Assembly (NCBI GenBank): GCA_963737905.1
Contig: CAVTUQ010000001.1
Coordinates: 74,066 to 138,065, forward strand
DNA length: 64,000 nt
Source: an uncultured delta proteobacterium
GTDB taxonomy: Bacteria; Desulfobacterota; Binatia; UBA9968
Reading direction: 5' to 3'
Positions 51,623 to 62,135 of the stretch are shown one piece after another; the first letter of the stretch is position 1; every line of letters begins with the position of its first letter. Under the pieces are notes generated by a model. It did no database searches. It saw only the letters and a program-made list of their open reading frames with translations, and was not told the origin of the DNA. The position numbers and the translations under genes were made by a program.

Positions 51623-53078
51623 TAATTAGCTCTTGGGTCAAAAGTTCAAAGTGCTGCGCCCGCACGTTTGGAATAACACCATCTGCAATCGGCGCTTCTA
51701 ATACAGCGTTTAAACATTCACCGGCAGCCAAGAGGTCAACACAAGTAATTGGCCCTTCACGCCTTACTATTGGAGCGGTCCGGAGCGGCCAAATAGAACC
51801 AGTAATGTTAGTAACTTCTGACAGGAAAGCGCCGGTTGATGGAGGCGGTTCATTGACATGGAATAGTTTGCCAAAGTGCGCGTCATACTCAGCCAGTATG
51901 GGTCGATAAAAATATTCAAGCAGTTCCTCGTCGAGCAACAAGTACCCGCGAGTCAGAACTGATAGAAACCCTGCCCTATGTCTAGAGATCATAGCCCATG
52001 CACCCCACAGCAGTAGAATCAATATCATCGCCTCCCTAGGCCAGAGCGTAAGTTGATCAGGCATTTTTGAAAGCCGAGTAAATGGCTCTAGTGAAACCGA
52101 TCGGGGATGACTCCGACATAGCACTGATATTTCATCGCCGGTTTTTGTACCAGGAAGTGTTTCCGGTATGTACTCCACCGGAACCGGGAGTAACTTAGGT
52201 TCCATGCGATGCAGGTAAAGAATCGATGTTGCGTGTCTTAACTCGGATGGCGACGCGAGAATCGTGCCGGAACGTTGAAATGGCATTCCTGAAACCCCGC
52301 GTTGGTCATATAGTTTTACGGCTTCTTCTAACTGCTCGTCTCGAACACGGACAAGACTAGCATTCTGTTTTACGACAAATTTTGAACCTTTCCCGGCCCA
52401 CCTCAAACCAGCATGTACGCTCGATAGATACCGGGCCGCAGCACAACACTCCGCTAGTCGCCTGATCGTCGCTCCGAAAGTTGAATAGGAGATAGTTCCG
52501 TTCTTCCTGATTTCAATCCGGGATTCGAACTTTTCGCTTCTCCCGGTTAACGACTCTGCTAGTGCTTGATCGTAACCAAAGGTGGTGGGCAATGGGCTCG
52601 AGAATACGTGATGCGGCAGTCTGCGCATCATCCAGAGCCACCGTAGAGGTGAATAGCCGGACACCATTTTTGACATGTATGTTTCCAAGAAAAGACGCGC
52701 TCTGTTCAGCATGATAGACGCCTCTTCTGGTGGAAGCTCTGACGGGTTGGTCACATAGTCGTTAAAGACGGCCTTTGCGACTTGGTAATCTAATTCCGCA
52801 GTGATCGAGGTCTGATATTTTGCGAAAGAAACTTCAGTCAAGTTTTTGGCAATCTCTTCTTCTGCTTGATCTACAAAGATCATTCAAATTCACCTCTTGA
52901 GGGAACCAAGATCGGAGCCGGACACCAGGTCGGACCCTATGTGTGACTACTTCCGAATTTTTCGACCAAGAGACAGTGCTTTCTGGCCTTTAGCGCATCA
53001 TTTTCGCCGCTAAAATCAACCGCGTAAGTGTCTTCGTGATCCGGCAGCGTGTACGTTCCGCCCAATCGCTAACTGTGA

Positions 53079-54239
53079 TCAGTCTCCGATCCGGTTCGTG
53101 CGGTCATTAAAGAGGGCCTTCGCGGTCTTTTTTTTCGCTTCGTCGATATTTAAGTGATAGCGCGTGCTTTTGAGGGTGCCGGTGCGCCTCAGCACGCCCT
53201 TATCGACGAGATCCTGCAGGTCGCGCGTGGTCGTCGCTCGTGACGCACCGGTGATGGAAATGTAATTCTCCGCACTTAATCCACCTTTGAAGCCCTCCAA
53301 CCCTTCGCGGAAGATCCGCGCGATGGTTTTCTCCTGACGCTCGTTGAGCTGACCTTTGTACCGGTCATAGAGTTTCGTTTTCTGGATCAAGAAGTCGATC
53401 ATGCGCTGCGTTGTATTCTGCGCTTCCAGAATGGTGTCCGCAAAATAGACGAGCCATTCCGTGATTTCATTGTTGAAGCTGCTGCGCTGAAGCGCCTCGT
53501 AATAAGCCTTCCTGTTTCGCTGGATGGTCTGCGAGAGCGCAATGAGCGTCGACTGGCCGAGTGCCTGGGAGAGCGCTTTTTCCGAAAGGGCACGTGCGAT
53601 CCGGCCATTACCGTCTTCAAACGGGTGAATGGTAACGAAGTAAAGATGGACAATACCGGCACGCGTCAGGGCCGGTATTGTTCCAGGGCTGTTGAACCAG
53701 GTGATGAAGGCCTCCATTTCTTTTTGTACCGCGGCCGAAGGCGGCGCCTCAAAATGAACCTTCCGTTTGTTGATCGGGCCGGAGACAATTTGCATCGGAT
53801 CCTCGTGCGTTCTGTAGGCGCCGATGGCTTTCAAATCCTTCCTTGCAGATGTGAGCATGCGGTGCCACCGGAACAGGCTTTCATGGGTGAGAGGTTCGGC
53901 GAAGCCGCGGTAGAGATCCGTCATCATGTCGGCAATGCCCTGTTCGGCGGAGGGAATTCTGCGGCGGTCGGTATCGAGCCCGAAATTTCGCCTGATGGAG
54001 GATTGGACGCTGCCGCGATTGAGAAACTCGCCCTCGATCTCCGACGTCTTAACCGCCTCGTCACTGATCAAATTCACGGTAAGATCGCTCTTGTCGTCCT
54101 CACCCATATGGCGGAAGGCGCCCAACAGAAGCCCGCTGCCAAACAGGAACTTTGCTTCCTTGTATTGGAGGACCGCCTTGTCGAAGCGGAATTGCGGCCA
54201 GTCATCCTGATGCCAGTTCCACCTTTTTTCACTGTCCAT
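53079..54239 (-). CDS. Fic family protein with DUF4172 N-terminus and C-terminal HTH
   Basis: WNWHQDDWPQF; canonical HPFEDGNGRIAR; SRATTTRDLQDLV. Confidence 0.93.
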   Translation of the reverse strand: MDSEKRWNWHQDDWPQFRFDKAVLQYKEAKFLFGSGLLLGAFRHMGEDDKSDLTVNLISDEAVKTSEIEGEFLNRGSVQSSIRRNFGLDTDRRRIPSAEQGIADMMTDLYRGFAEPLTHESLFRWHRMLTSARKDLKAIGAYRTHEDPMQIVSGPINKRKVHFEAPPSAAVQKEMEAFITWFNSPGTIPALTRAGIVHLYFVTIHPFEDGNGRIARALSEKALSQALGQSTLIALSQTIQRNRKAYYEALQRSSFNNEITEWLVYFADTILEAQNTTQRMIDFLIQKTKLYDRYKGQLNERQEKTIARIFREGLEGFKGGLSAENYISITGASRATTTRDLQDLVDKGVLRRTGTLKSTRYHLNIDEAKKKTAKALFNDRTNRIGD

Positions 54240-54497
54240 GAGCTATAACGCCAACTCTTTATGACTCATATAGTGCCATTTTCTGATTCATAAAACTATC
54301 CTTTATAGCTCATGCCTCAACAATTGTTGATTTATATAGAGGCAGTTTATCGCTCAGCCGGTACTAAGTTGATTTAGCAGTCCCACCGTGATGCGCTTGA
54401 TAAGTCAGGCAAGCGAGTCCAGATGCAAAGCAAATCGGAGCGCTGATCGACTTGCTGGATCATTTCTGTCGATAGAGTTGGTTTCGCTGACAATTAG

Positions 54498-56099
54498 CTA
54501 CGAAAGAGGGCCTTCGCGGGCGGTCTCCTCTGACTCGAGTGCTTGCGCCTCAGTCTCGGCGTCGGCGATGACGCCCTTGCCGCGGGGGAACCAGGCGAAG
54601 CCGGCGGCGAGGACGAGGGTGAGAAACACCATGGCCGTTGCCAGGCTGAAGCGGATGCCCTCGACGAAGTCGGTGTCGGCAGCAGCGAGGATCGCCTTCT
54701 GCGTAGCGGCATCGAGATGTTGAATTGGCCGGCCGGGCCCGATCTCGCCGGCGTAAGCGCGGGGGTTCGCGTCCCCGATAATCGTCGCGGCGACTTCCGT
54801 TCTCTCGATCGGATCCGGAAGCGCGCTGGCGAGGTGGGCGCTGAGGGTTGCCGTCAGTGTTGCCGCGAGGATCGAACCGAGCACCGCGAACCCGACGGTG
54901 GAACCAAGCGCGCGCTGTGCGCTCATGATGCCCGATGCCATTCCCGCGCGCTCGGGCGGGACCGCCGTCATTGCGAGCGAGGTGATGGGCGTCAGGCACA
55001 ACCCGGCCCCCACGCCGACGAAGACGAGCCCGGCACTGACGACGACCGTGCTCCCCTGCAGCCCCGCGATCAGGACGGCGAACGCGACGATCTGCGACGT
55101 GAGGCCCAGGAGAATCAGCCGCCGCGAGCCGACCACTCCCACGAGTTTCCCTACTTTCAACGACACGATCATCAAGCTCATGCTGTACGGCAAGAGGAGC
55201 AACCCGGCGTCCGTCGGCGAGAAACCGCGCACGTTCTGCATGTACTGCGTGATCACGAGCAACATCCCGTATACGGAGAACATTGCGGCGAAGATCGTGA
55301 TGATCGCGAGCGAGTACGTGCGGTCGCGGAAGAGCTTCAGGTCCATCATCGGGTCCGCGCCCCTACGTTCGCAGAAGATGAATGCCGCCAGCGCTGCCGC
55401 CGCGACCACGAACAAGGTGAGGATCTGCCCCGAGAGCCAGCCCGCCCGCGGGCCTTCAATCACGGCAAACGCGAAAGCCCCGACCGCCGCTATGAACAGG
55501 AGTTGCCCTGGGATGTCGAACGTGCGCGGGCGCCCGTCCCGCGACTCCGCGACGAAGCGCCGCGTCAAGGCCAGCCCGACGAGCCCGACGGGAACATTGA
55601 CCATGAAGATCGAGCGCCAGCCGGTCCACTGCACCATGAAGCCGCCGAGCGTCGGCCCGATCGCGATGGCCGTGCTCGCGATCGCGGTCCAGATGCCGAT
55701 CGCCCAGCTCTTCGACTTCGGATCGGGAAACGCGGCGCTGACGAGCGCGAGCGAGGTCACGTTGACCGTCGCCGCTGCGACCCCCTGGACCGCGCGCGCG
55801 AGGTTGAGCGCTTCGAGCGAGGACGCCATGCCGCAGGCAGCGGAGGCCGCCGTGAAGAGAGCGATCCCTGCAAGGTAGAGCTTGCGGCGGCCGTAGATGT
55901 CCGCCAGTGTCCCGGCCGACATGATGGCGATTGTCATCCCGAGGCTGTACGCCGTGACCACCCACTGCAGGCCCGACTCGCCCACCTTGAAGTCCGACTG
56001 GATGGCGGGCAATGCGACGTTCACGATCAGCGCGTCCAGATAGATCATGAAGAGGCCGATGCTCGTGGCCGCGAGTGTGAAGCGCTGTGTCCTGGTCAT
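54498..56099 (-). CDS. DHA2 (EmrB/QacA) MFS efflux transporter
   Basis: LDALIVNVALPAI, GTLADIYGRRK, GPTLGG, WRSIFMVNVPVG. Confidence 0.92.
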   Translation of the reverse strand: MTRTQRFTLAATSIGLFMIYLDALIVNVALPAIQSDFKVGESGLQWVVTAYSLGMTIAIMSAGTLADIYGRRKLYLAGIALFTAASAACGMASSLEALNLARAVQGVAAATVNVTSLALVSAAFPDPKSKSWAIGIWTAIASTAIAIGPTLGGFMVQWTGWRSIFMVNVPVGLVGLALTRRFVAESRDGRPRTFDIPGQLLFIAAVGAFAFAVIEGPRAGWLSGQILTLFVVAAAALAAFIFCERRGADPMMDLKLFRDRTYSLAIITIFAAMFSVYGMLLVITQYMQNVRGFSPTDAGLLLLPYSMSLMIVSLKVGKLVGVVGSRRLILLGLTSQIVAFAVLIAGLQGSTVVVSAGLVFVGVGAGLCLTPITSLAMTAVPPERAGMASGIMSAQRALGSTVGFAVLGSILAATLTATLSAHLASALPDPIERTEVAATIIGDANPRAYAGEIGPGRPIQHLDAATQKAILAAADTDFVEGIRFSLATAMVFLTLVLAAGFAWFPRGKGVIADAETEAQALESEETAREGPLS

Positions 56100-56284
56100 C
56101 GGGCGCTCAAAAGTTTCTCAAAGACAAGAGTTCCGGCCGGCGCCGTCCCTGACGAAAATGGGCCACCTCGGTATGTGCATTACCTCGGTTGATAACATTC
56201 CGTGCTAACGCGACGTTGTTGATTAGCTGGAATTACTGCGACAACGGGTCGCCATTCTGTCGCGTCTGAGGGAAGATATGCCGA

Positions 56285-56696
56285 TTAGTATTTAGCGAGT
56301 ATTTCCGGCTCTAACCGGGTGAGGTGATCGGCAATCGCTTGCTGATCGATCCTCTCGGCGATTTCCTCGTATCCGGCTTGTTTGACCATTGCGGGAAACC
56401 GGGTCTTGAGTTGCTCCAGAGTCCAGCGGACGGAGTCTTCTATGCCTTCGTCCTTCATCTTGTAAGCCGCGCTTTCGCCGCCGGAAGGCGCCGACGTGAT
56501 AATGAGGGTTTTTGTAAAAACAATCGAAGCGCAGAATTCTTTTTCCCTCCTCTGGGCCAGTCGTTGTGATGTCGAAAGTCAGCCCTTCATCGCTGCCGCC
56601 GAGGCCTTGTCGGTGCGCCACGGTCATGCGCATTCCCGCCTGCTCGATAATAATCGGATCGCTCTTTGTCGTCGACGCTGTTTCGTTTTCCATCAA
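56285..56696 (-). CDS. Hypothetical protein (frameshift near 56487)
   Basis: ILRFDCFYKNPHYH; the shifted frame continues DSVRWTLEQLKTRFPAMVKQAGYEEIA...KY*; GGAGG upstream. Confidence 0.65.
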
Positions 56697-56909
56697 TCGG
56701 TCCTCCTGTGATGATAGCTTTGTCCTGGCAGACTCATTACATTTTGTTTTCTACCTGTCAAACTGAATTGAGAGGCTGGAACGAGCGCTCACCGGCCCCT
56801 CTAGCCTCAAGATCACGCAGCCTCACGGCTCTCACTTTATAGCTTGCACCCTCAGATTGGCGTCGGCTATAAGTTACAGAGATCGTCCGAAAGCAAGGGA
56901 GGGCAAACT

Positions 56910-57935
56910 ATGGTTCCTCGATCCACTCTCTGGGCGACGGTGCCGCAATTCCTTCGAGCCTCTGCTCTCTTTCTCTTTACTGCCGGCGTCTTGATCGCCG
57001 ATGACAGTTCCTTCGCCGCCGACAAGCTGCGTGTCGCCTACGTTAGCCCGAGCCTTTCGCTGTCGCTGCCGTGGGTTGCCAAGGAGGGCGGGATGCTCGC
57101 GAAGCATGACTTGGCCGCGGAAATTCTTCTCATCACCGGCAGCCCTCGATTGGTCCAGTCACTCATTGCCGGCGACGTGGACGTGGTTTTCGCCGGCGTC
57201 ACCGCGTTGACCCGCGCCCGCGTGCGCGGCGCCGACGTCGCGATCCTCGGCGCAGCGGCCAATCTCTCAAGCCAGAAGCTCATGGTTAGCCGCAATTCGA
57301 AGGCCCGCCGTGTGGAAGATTTGAAAGGCGCGATTATCGGCGTCTCACAGTACGGCTCGGAAGCCGACACCTTCACGCGCAATGCGCTGGCGATGGCCGG
57401 CCTGAAGCCCGACAAAGACGTCACGATTTTGCAGCTTGGCGGCCACCCGCAGGTCGCCGCCGCGATGGTCGCGGGCAAAATTGACGTCGGGGCGCTGGCC
57501 GGCCTCGCCGCGCTCACGGTAGAGCAATCGGGCGGCAGGCTTCTCACCAGCGCTGTCGAGCTGAAGATCCTTTCGCCTTCGGGCACCTTCGCCACGACTC
57601 GCGGCTATATCCAGCGTAAGCGAGCCATCGTCGAGAGGCTGGCCCGCTCATTCGTCGAGGCAATCCATTTTCTTAAGACCAATCGCACGGGTTCAATTAC
57701 TCTGCTGCAGAAATATTTCGGCGGCTTGAGCGCGGAGGAAACCGCGTACCTTTACGACGATCAAGTCGACCTGTTAGAACGATTGCCGGCGCCTAACGAC
57801 AAGGCGCTCCAGGCGGTGCTCGAGCGCGAGACCGATCCGAAGGTCAAGAACTTCGCCCCGGCGGACTTCGTCGATGCGAGTTTTTTTAGAGAGATTGAAA
57901 AGAGCGGACTGATCGAACAGTTGTATCGAAAATAG
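56910..57935 (+). CDS. NitT/TauT-type ABC substrate-binding protein
   Basis: Signal peptide; SLIAGDVD, DLKGAIIGVS, AGLKPDKDV. Confidence 0.88.
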   Translation: MVPRSTLWATVPQFLRASALFLFTAGVLIADDSSFAADKLRVAYVSPSLSLSLPWVAKEGGMLAKHDLAAEILLITGSPRLVQSLIAGDVDVVFAGVTALTRARVRGADVAILGAAANLSSQKLMVSRNSKARRVEDLKGAIIGVSQYGSEADTFTRNALAMAGLKPDKDVTILQLGGHPQVAAAMVAGKIDVGALAGLAALTVEQSGGRLLTSAVELKILSPSGTFATTRGYIQRKRAIVERLARSFVEAIHFLKTNRTGSITLLQKYFGGLSAEETAYLYDDQVDLLERLPAPNDKALQAVLERETDPKVKNFAPADFVDASFFREIEKSGLIEQLYRK

Positions 57936-58072
57936 CTCTCGGTTGATTGCAAAGCATGACCATTTCTTCGATGTTAGGATTGGGATCCGGCGTAACAGTT
58001 CTTACAATCTTCTCTGATCGACGACGGTCGACAGCGGAAATAACTGGAGAGCACTGGAAGGAGAATATTAAA

Positions 58073-58684
58073 ATGGCGATCCGATCCGCTCTGCTTTTTC
58101 TTTGGGTCACGCTTTCGGCTGCGGCAGCTTGGGCGCAAGAAGGTCCGAACCGGCCCGAGCCGAAGCCGCTCACCCTCGAGAGCAAAAGCACCGCTATATT
58201 GGTGCTCGATCTCAATGCCCGTTGCGATGATCCCAAGCAAGTCTGCTCCAAAATCACCGCGCCGTTGGGAGATTTCCTGGACAAGGCGAGGGCCGCTGCC
58301 GTACCGATCATCTACACCGTGTCGGCCGCGGCTAAGGGAAAGCCGATCGGCGAGCTGGCGGCGCCGCTCAGACGAAAAGAGAGCGAGACTGTTATTTATC
58401 CCGACGCGTTCGACAAATTCTTCGGCGGCGAGCTCCAGGCTTTTCTCAAGGACAAGGGAGCTAAAACCTTGATCATAACCGGATCGGCGACCAATAATGC
58501 CGTGCTTTATACCGCCACGACTGGGGCGCGAATGTATCGCTATAACATCGTGATCCCCATGGACGGCGTGAACGCCAGTACGCGCTACGAGCAGGAATAC
58601 GCCATTCATCAATTTACCGTTTTGCCGTCGCAGGCGAACAAGTTGTTTCAATTCACCAATCTGTCGATGATCAGCTTTCGCTAA
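58073..58684 (+). CDS. Exported isochorismatase-fold protein lacking the catalytic Cys
   Basis: Signal peptide; TAILVLDL; IITGSATNNAVLYT. Confidence 0.85.
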   Translation: MAIRSALLFLWVTLSAAAAWAQEGPNRPEPKPLTLESKSTAILVLDLNARCDDPKQVCSKITAPLGDFLDKARAAAVPIIYTVSAAAKGKPIGELAAPLRRKESETVIYPDAFDKFFGGELQAFLKDKGAKTLIITGSATNNAVLYTATTGARMYRYNIVIPMDGVNASTRYEQEYAIHQFTVLPSQANKLFQFTNLSMISFR

Positions 58685-58839
58685 CCAACATAGACCCGGG
58701 CACCGGGGCCTGGCATAACATTCTTTACAGTCTTCGCCGATTGACGGCCCGTGGTTGAGGGCAATCCAAAAGGCCGTTATTCGTTCGACTTGAAAAATTG
58801 CCCGAACGGTTACGCACCGGACGTTCCGGAAGATCGCGC

Positions 58840-59895
58840 CTAGAGCCCGTAGAACCTGCGCGGATTGTCATCGAGAATCTTGCGCGCAACGGAGGCGGGG
58901 ATTTCTCCTTTTTCGGCGCGTTGCTCGATAACGTCGAGGGCCTGGATCTCCGCGGACTGGTCCGCATGGCTATAGTCGGTGCCGATCATCAAGCTGTCTT
59001 CAGTCCCGTATTTTAGAATATAAGGAAGATCGTCGTTGGTTTGGCATGCCACATAGAAGCGGTTGCGGCGGAACAGGTCTTCCTTGAAGTCGATGGGAAG
59101 AAACGTCCGGCGAAGTTTCTTTGCCACCAGATCGGCATAGAGATACGGTATCCAGGAAGCGCCGGTTTCGATGAATCCCACTCTGAGTTTCGGAAACATG
59201 TCCGGGACACTATGCTCGGCGAGCGCGCTGAACGCCGAGATGGCGTTCATGCCTCCATCCAGGCCGGATCCTTGAGCGATCGCAGACTCGACCTTGCCCG
59301 TCGCATTGTGGATGCAGATGGGAAGGTCGAGGCGGCTCGCCTCATCGTACACCGGGAAAAAGTAGGGGTCGCTGGCCGCGCGGTCACCGCATTCGATCCC
59401 CTTCTTGAACACGCCGCAGGCGCCGTGATCCTTCGCCCAGCGCACCTCCTCGACGGCTCGGTCGATGGAGAGCAGTGGTGCCATGGCAACCCAGCGCAGC
59501 CGCCCGCGGCTCTTCTCCGTGGCTTTGGCGATCCAGCGATTGTAGGACTTGCAGAGCGCCAGTTCGATCTCCGGCCGATCGGTGAGAGCGTGAAGAAATA
59601 AAGTCGGGTAAAGCACTTGCACATCGACGCGCAACTCGTCTATGTGGCGTACGCGGGCGTCCACGTCGAAGAGTTCCCGGGTCGCCTGAACCGTTCCCGT
59701 TCGCTTGTCATCGCGCCAGCGCCTGAGCCTGATCGTGCCGTCGATGACCCAGAGGCGGTGCGGGCGGGCATCGCCCGGCGCCGTCGCCCCGCCCGGATCA
59801 AGCGTGACCGGCTTGAAGCGGCTCGCCCCATTATCGAGGTATTCCCAGGTCGCTTCCGATTCGTCTACATGCGCATCGACGTCTATGCGAAGCAT
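58840..59895 (-). CDS. Amidohydrolase_2 family protein
   Basis: IDVDAHVDE, QVLYPT, PICIH, IETGASW, GTDYSH. Confidence 0.9.
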   Translation of the reverse strand: MLRIDVDAHVDESEATWEYLDNGASRFKPVTLDPGGATAPGDARPHRLWVIDGTIRLRRWRDDKRTGTVQATRELFDVDARVRHIDELRVDVQVLYPTLFLHALTDRPEIELALCKSYNRWIAKATEKSRGRLRWVAMAPLLSIDRAVEEVRWAKDHGACGVFKKGIECGDRAASDPYFFPVYDEASRLDLPICIHNATGKVESAIAQGSGLDGGMNAISAFSALAEHSVPDMFPKLRVGFIETGASWIPYLYADLVAKKLRRTFLPIDFKEDLFRRNRFYVACQTNDDLPYILKYGTEDSLMIGTDYSHADQSAEIQALDVIEQRAEKGEIPASVARKILDDNPRRFYGL

Positions 59896-60054
59896 TGCTC
59901 CTCCTTCCGCAGCTCATCGTGAATGGCAACGGTTCTGATTTTCAAGGTCCGACAATTCAATCACCTTCAAACCATCGTTTATTGCACAGAAAGGAAGCTG
60001 TCAAGAAAAGAAGTCGGTCTAAAATGTTTGACCGCCAACACCGCTCTTCGCTAA

Positions 60055-62082
60055 CCTTACTTCCACAATAAGAAGGTCGAGATTTCGGAATTTCAACTAG
60101 TTAGCTCTTCAGGTCGCCACTACATTTGGGGCTCCTGTAGGTGGACGGAGTCGCTCGGGGAGAGTCAGTCCGAGGCGTTGTAGGAGCAACTCCTGTTCGC
60201 GGTCAGGTCGGACCACACAGCGAAGCTTTATCTCACGCGCCGAGCCGTCCGCCAGCGGCAACACGATATCGGCCGATTGAATGCGCGAAAACTCGGTAAG
60301 AATAGTTCGTGGCGAATGCCCTAGCCCTGCACGCGACTGCCATTGCTGGAGCGTCTTCCACAGCACGTAAGCGAGAAAGCAGATCAGAATGTGTGCCTTG
60401 ATACGGTCCTGTTTATGATGCCAGATCGGCCGGATGCACAGATCGGATTTCTGAATCCGAAAGGCGGCCTCGGCTTCGCTGAGCTGAATGTAGGTCTTCC
60501 AGAGTTGTTCGTCGGTCCAGTCGTGGATGTTGCTGCGCAGGATATAGGTGCCTTCAGTGAGCCTGGCCCAATCGTCCCACTCCGGGCGTGTGTTCCACTT
60601 GAGCTTAACTCCCGCGGGCGTGGTCTTATCTTCTAAAAGTGAAATCGAGTAGCGCGCCGCAGCCCGGGAGTTTTGCCCCAACAGCCGCCCGATCTGGCGT
60701 TCGAGCTGTCCGCGGTCCAAGGCCTTTTTGCTTTTCCCGATGCGTCGGCCAAGCGATTGTAAGCCTTCTTCGATCTGCTTGGAGAACCGTTCATGCATCG
60801 CTTTCTCTTTTTCGCTGCGACTGGCCGAACGACACAAAAGGAAGGTCTCGCGTCCATCCGGTCCACGACATATTTTGACTTCGATATCTTCGCGGATCTG
60901 ATGCCAATCGGTTTTCTCGGCCATCTGTTTGGCAAAACGGCCAAGCTCCGCACGCGCCGTCCCAATCACATAGCGGCGCCCCGTTGCGTTAAGCCAGCTG
61001 ATGTTCTCAGCACTCACCATGCCTCGGTCCATGACCCATACCCGGTTCGCTTTCCCAAACCGATCCTCCATCTTCTCAACAATCTGTTGGACTGTGGTGA
61101 CATCGGTGGTGTTGCCGGCGAAAATCTCGTAGCCCAGCGGCATACCCTCCCGGCTCACCACCAGCGCGATATTGACCTGTACGCAATCGGGCCGATGGTC
61201 GCGACTGTAGCCGCGCTTGGCAATGGCGGGATCGGCTACCCCTTCGAAGTACGTGCTGGTGATATCGTAAAGCAATAGATCGTAGTCCAGATCAAAAAGC
61301 TCCCCCAAGCGCTTGACCAGATGTTTTTCAAGGGCCTCCTTGTGCGGCAACAGCCGATCCAGCGCTCGATACAAACGCTCGTCGTAGATGTCCTCAACGG
61401 CTACCCCAAGCAGATCTTCTAGCGCCGTGCTGCGATACCACTGCTCGGCCACGTGCAACTCGCTTGAAGGCTCGCACAGCCGCCCAATCACCAAAATGGC
61501 AATCACCTCCGCCCACCCCACCGTCTCGCGCTTGGATGCCAACAGCGCTTCGCACTGCTCATCGAGCTTTAATGCACGCCACAAAATCCACCCCAGCCAT
61601 ACCGCACCAAAACTGCGCGAGTGCTCTAGCCGCACTCCATCCAGCTTGACCGCCACCGACCCTGTTGGCTCACCACGATCAAACAGTTGCCCCTGACAAG
61701 ACTCCGATGTACGCCCTACGATACTTCGCGCCAGCGCTTCAGCCCGTGCCCGACCTTCAGCATCAAGCTCTCCCAGTTGCGCCACGGTTTGTTGCACGAC
61801 TTTGCGACCGCGCCTAACCGAGCGCACCAACTGCCAGTAAACATGCGTCTTGCCGTCTTTGCGTCGTCGAGTGTGTCGCAAGTACACAGCCGCACATTCT
61901 CACGACGCGCCGATAGCTGACAAGATACTTGGTCGCCACTACATGCGCTTTTTACTCTCTTGATGACTGAAAAGACCGGGCCGCGTAGCAGCAGCAATCG
62001 ATTTTACAACAAGTTACTGCTAACGTGCCGGTGCTACAGCAGGCGAAAATTTTTTCTGAGCAGCGCTATTGTGGAACTTGGG
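60055..62082 (-). mobile_element. IS1634-family insertion sequence
   Basis: Imperfect inverted repeats CCTTACTTCCACAATA / TATTGTGGAACTTGGG; CTAA (or GCTAA) duplicated on both sides. Confidence 0.85.
60109..61887 (-). CDS. IS1634-family transposase
   Basis: [53 protein letters not shown]. Confidence 0.93.
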   Translation of the reverse strand: MYLRHTRRRKDGKTHVYWQLVRSVRRGRKVVQQTVAQLGELDAEGRARAEALARSIVGRTSESCQGQLFDRGEPTGSVAVKLDGVRLEHSRSFGAVWLGWILWRALKLDEQCEALLASKRETVGWAEVIAILVIGRLCEPSSELHVAEQWYRSTALEDLLGVAVEDIYDERLYRALDRLLPHKEALEKHLVKRLGELFDLDYDLLLYDITSTYFEGVADPAIAKRGYSRDHRPDCVQVNIALVVSREGMPLGYEIFAGNTTDVTTVQQIVEKMEDRFGKANRVWVMDRGMVSAENISWLNATGRRYVIGTARAELGRFAKQMAEKTDWHQIREDIEVKICRGPDGRETFLLCRSASRSEKEKAMHERFSKQIEEGLQSLGRRIGKSKKALDRGQLERQIGRLLGQNSRAAARYSISLLEDKTTPAGVKLKWNTRPEWDDWARLTEGTYILRSNIHDWTDEQLWKTYIQLSEAEAAFRIQKSDLCIRPIWHHKQDRIKAHILICFLAYVLWKTLQQWQSRAGLGHSPRTILTEFSRIQSADIVLPLADGSAREIKLRCVVRPDREQELLLQRLGLTLPERLRPPTGAPNVVAT

Positions 62083-62135
62083 CTAAGATTGTCTCTGCTG
62101 CAAATATCAAGACATCTTTACCCCCCGGCAGCCAG

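Larger units (their letters stand above)
49718..52883 (-). pseudogene. PD-(D/E)XK-like nuclease gene (about 561 aa when rejoined) interrupted by an IS
   Basis: Removing the IS and one TAATTA gives ...RAQHFELLTQELINRSCWKP...ITDIDAIGERNDELLAVSCKAVIYS... in one frame. Confidence 0.75.

Noticed and set aside
44175-53000. Classical integron
   Set aside because: No IntI gene and no convincing RYYYAAC...GTTRRRY attC sites; cargo genes are not co-oriented.
54543-56192. 549-aa and 326-aa plus-strand ORFs
   Set aside because: Antisense shadows of the high-GC DHA2 transporter.
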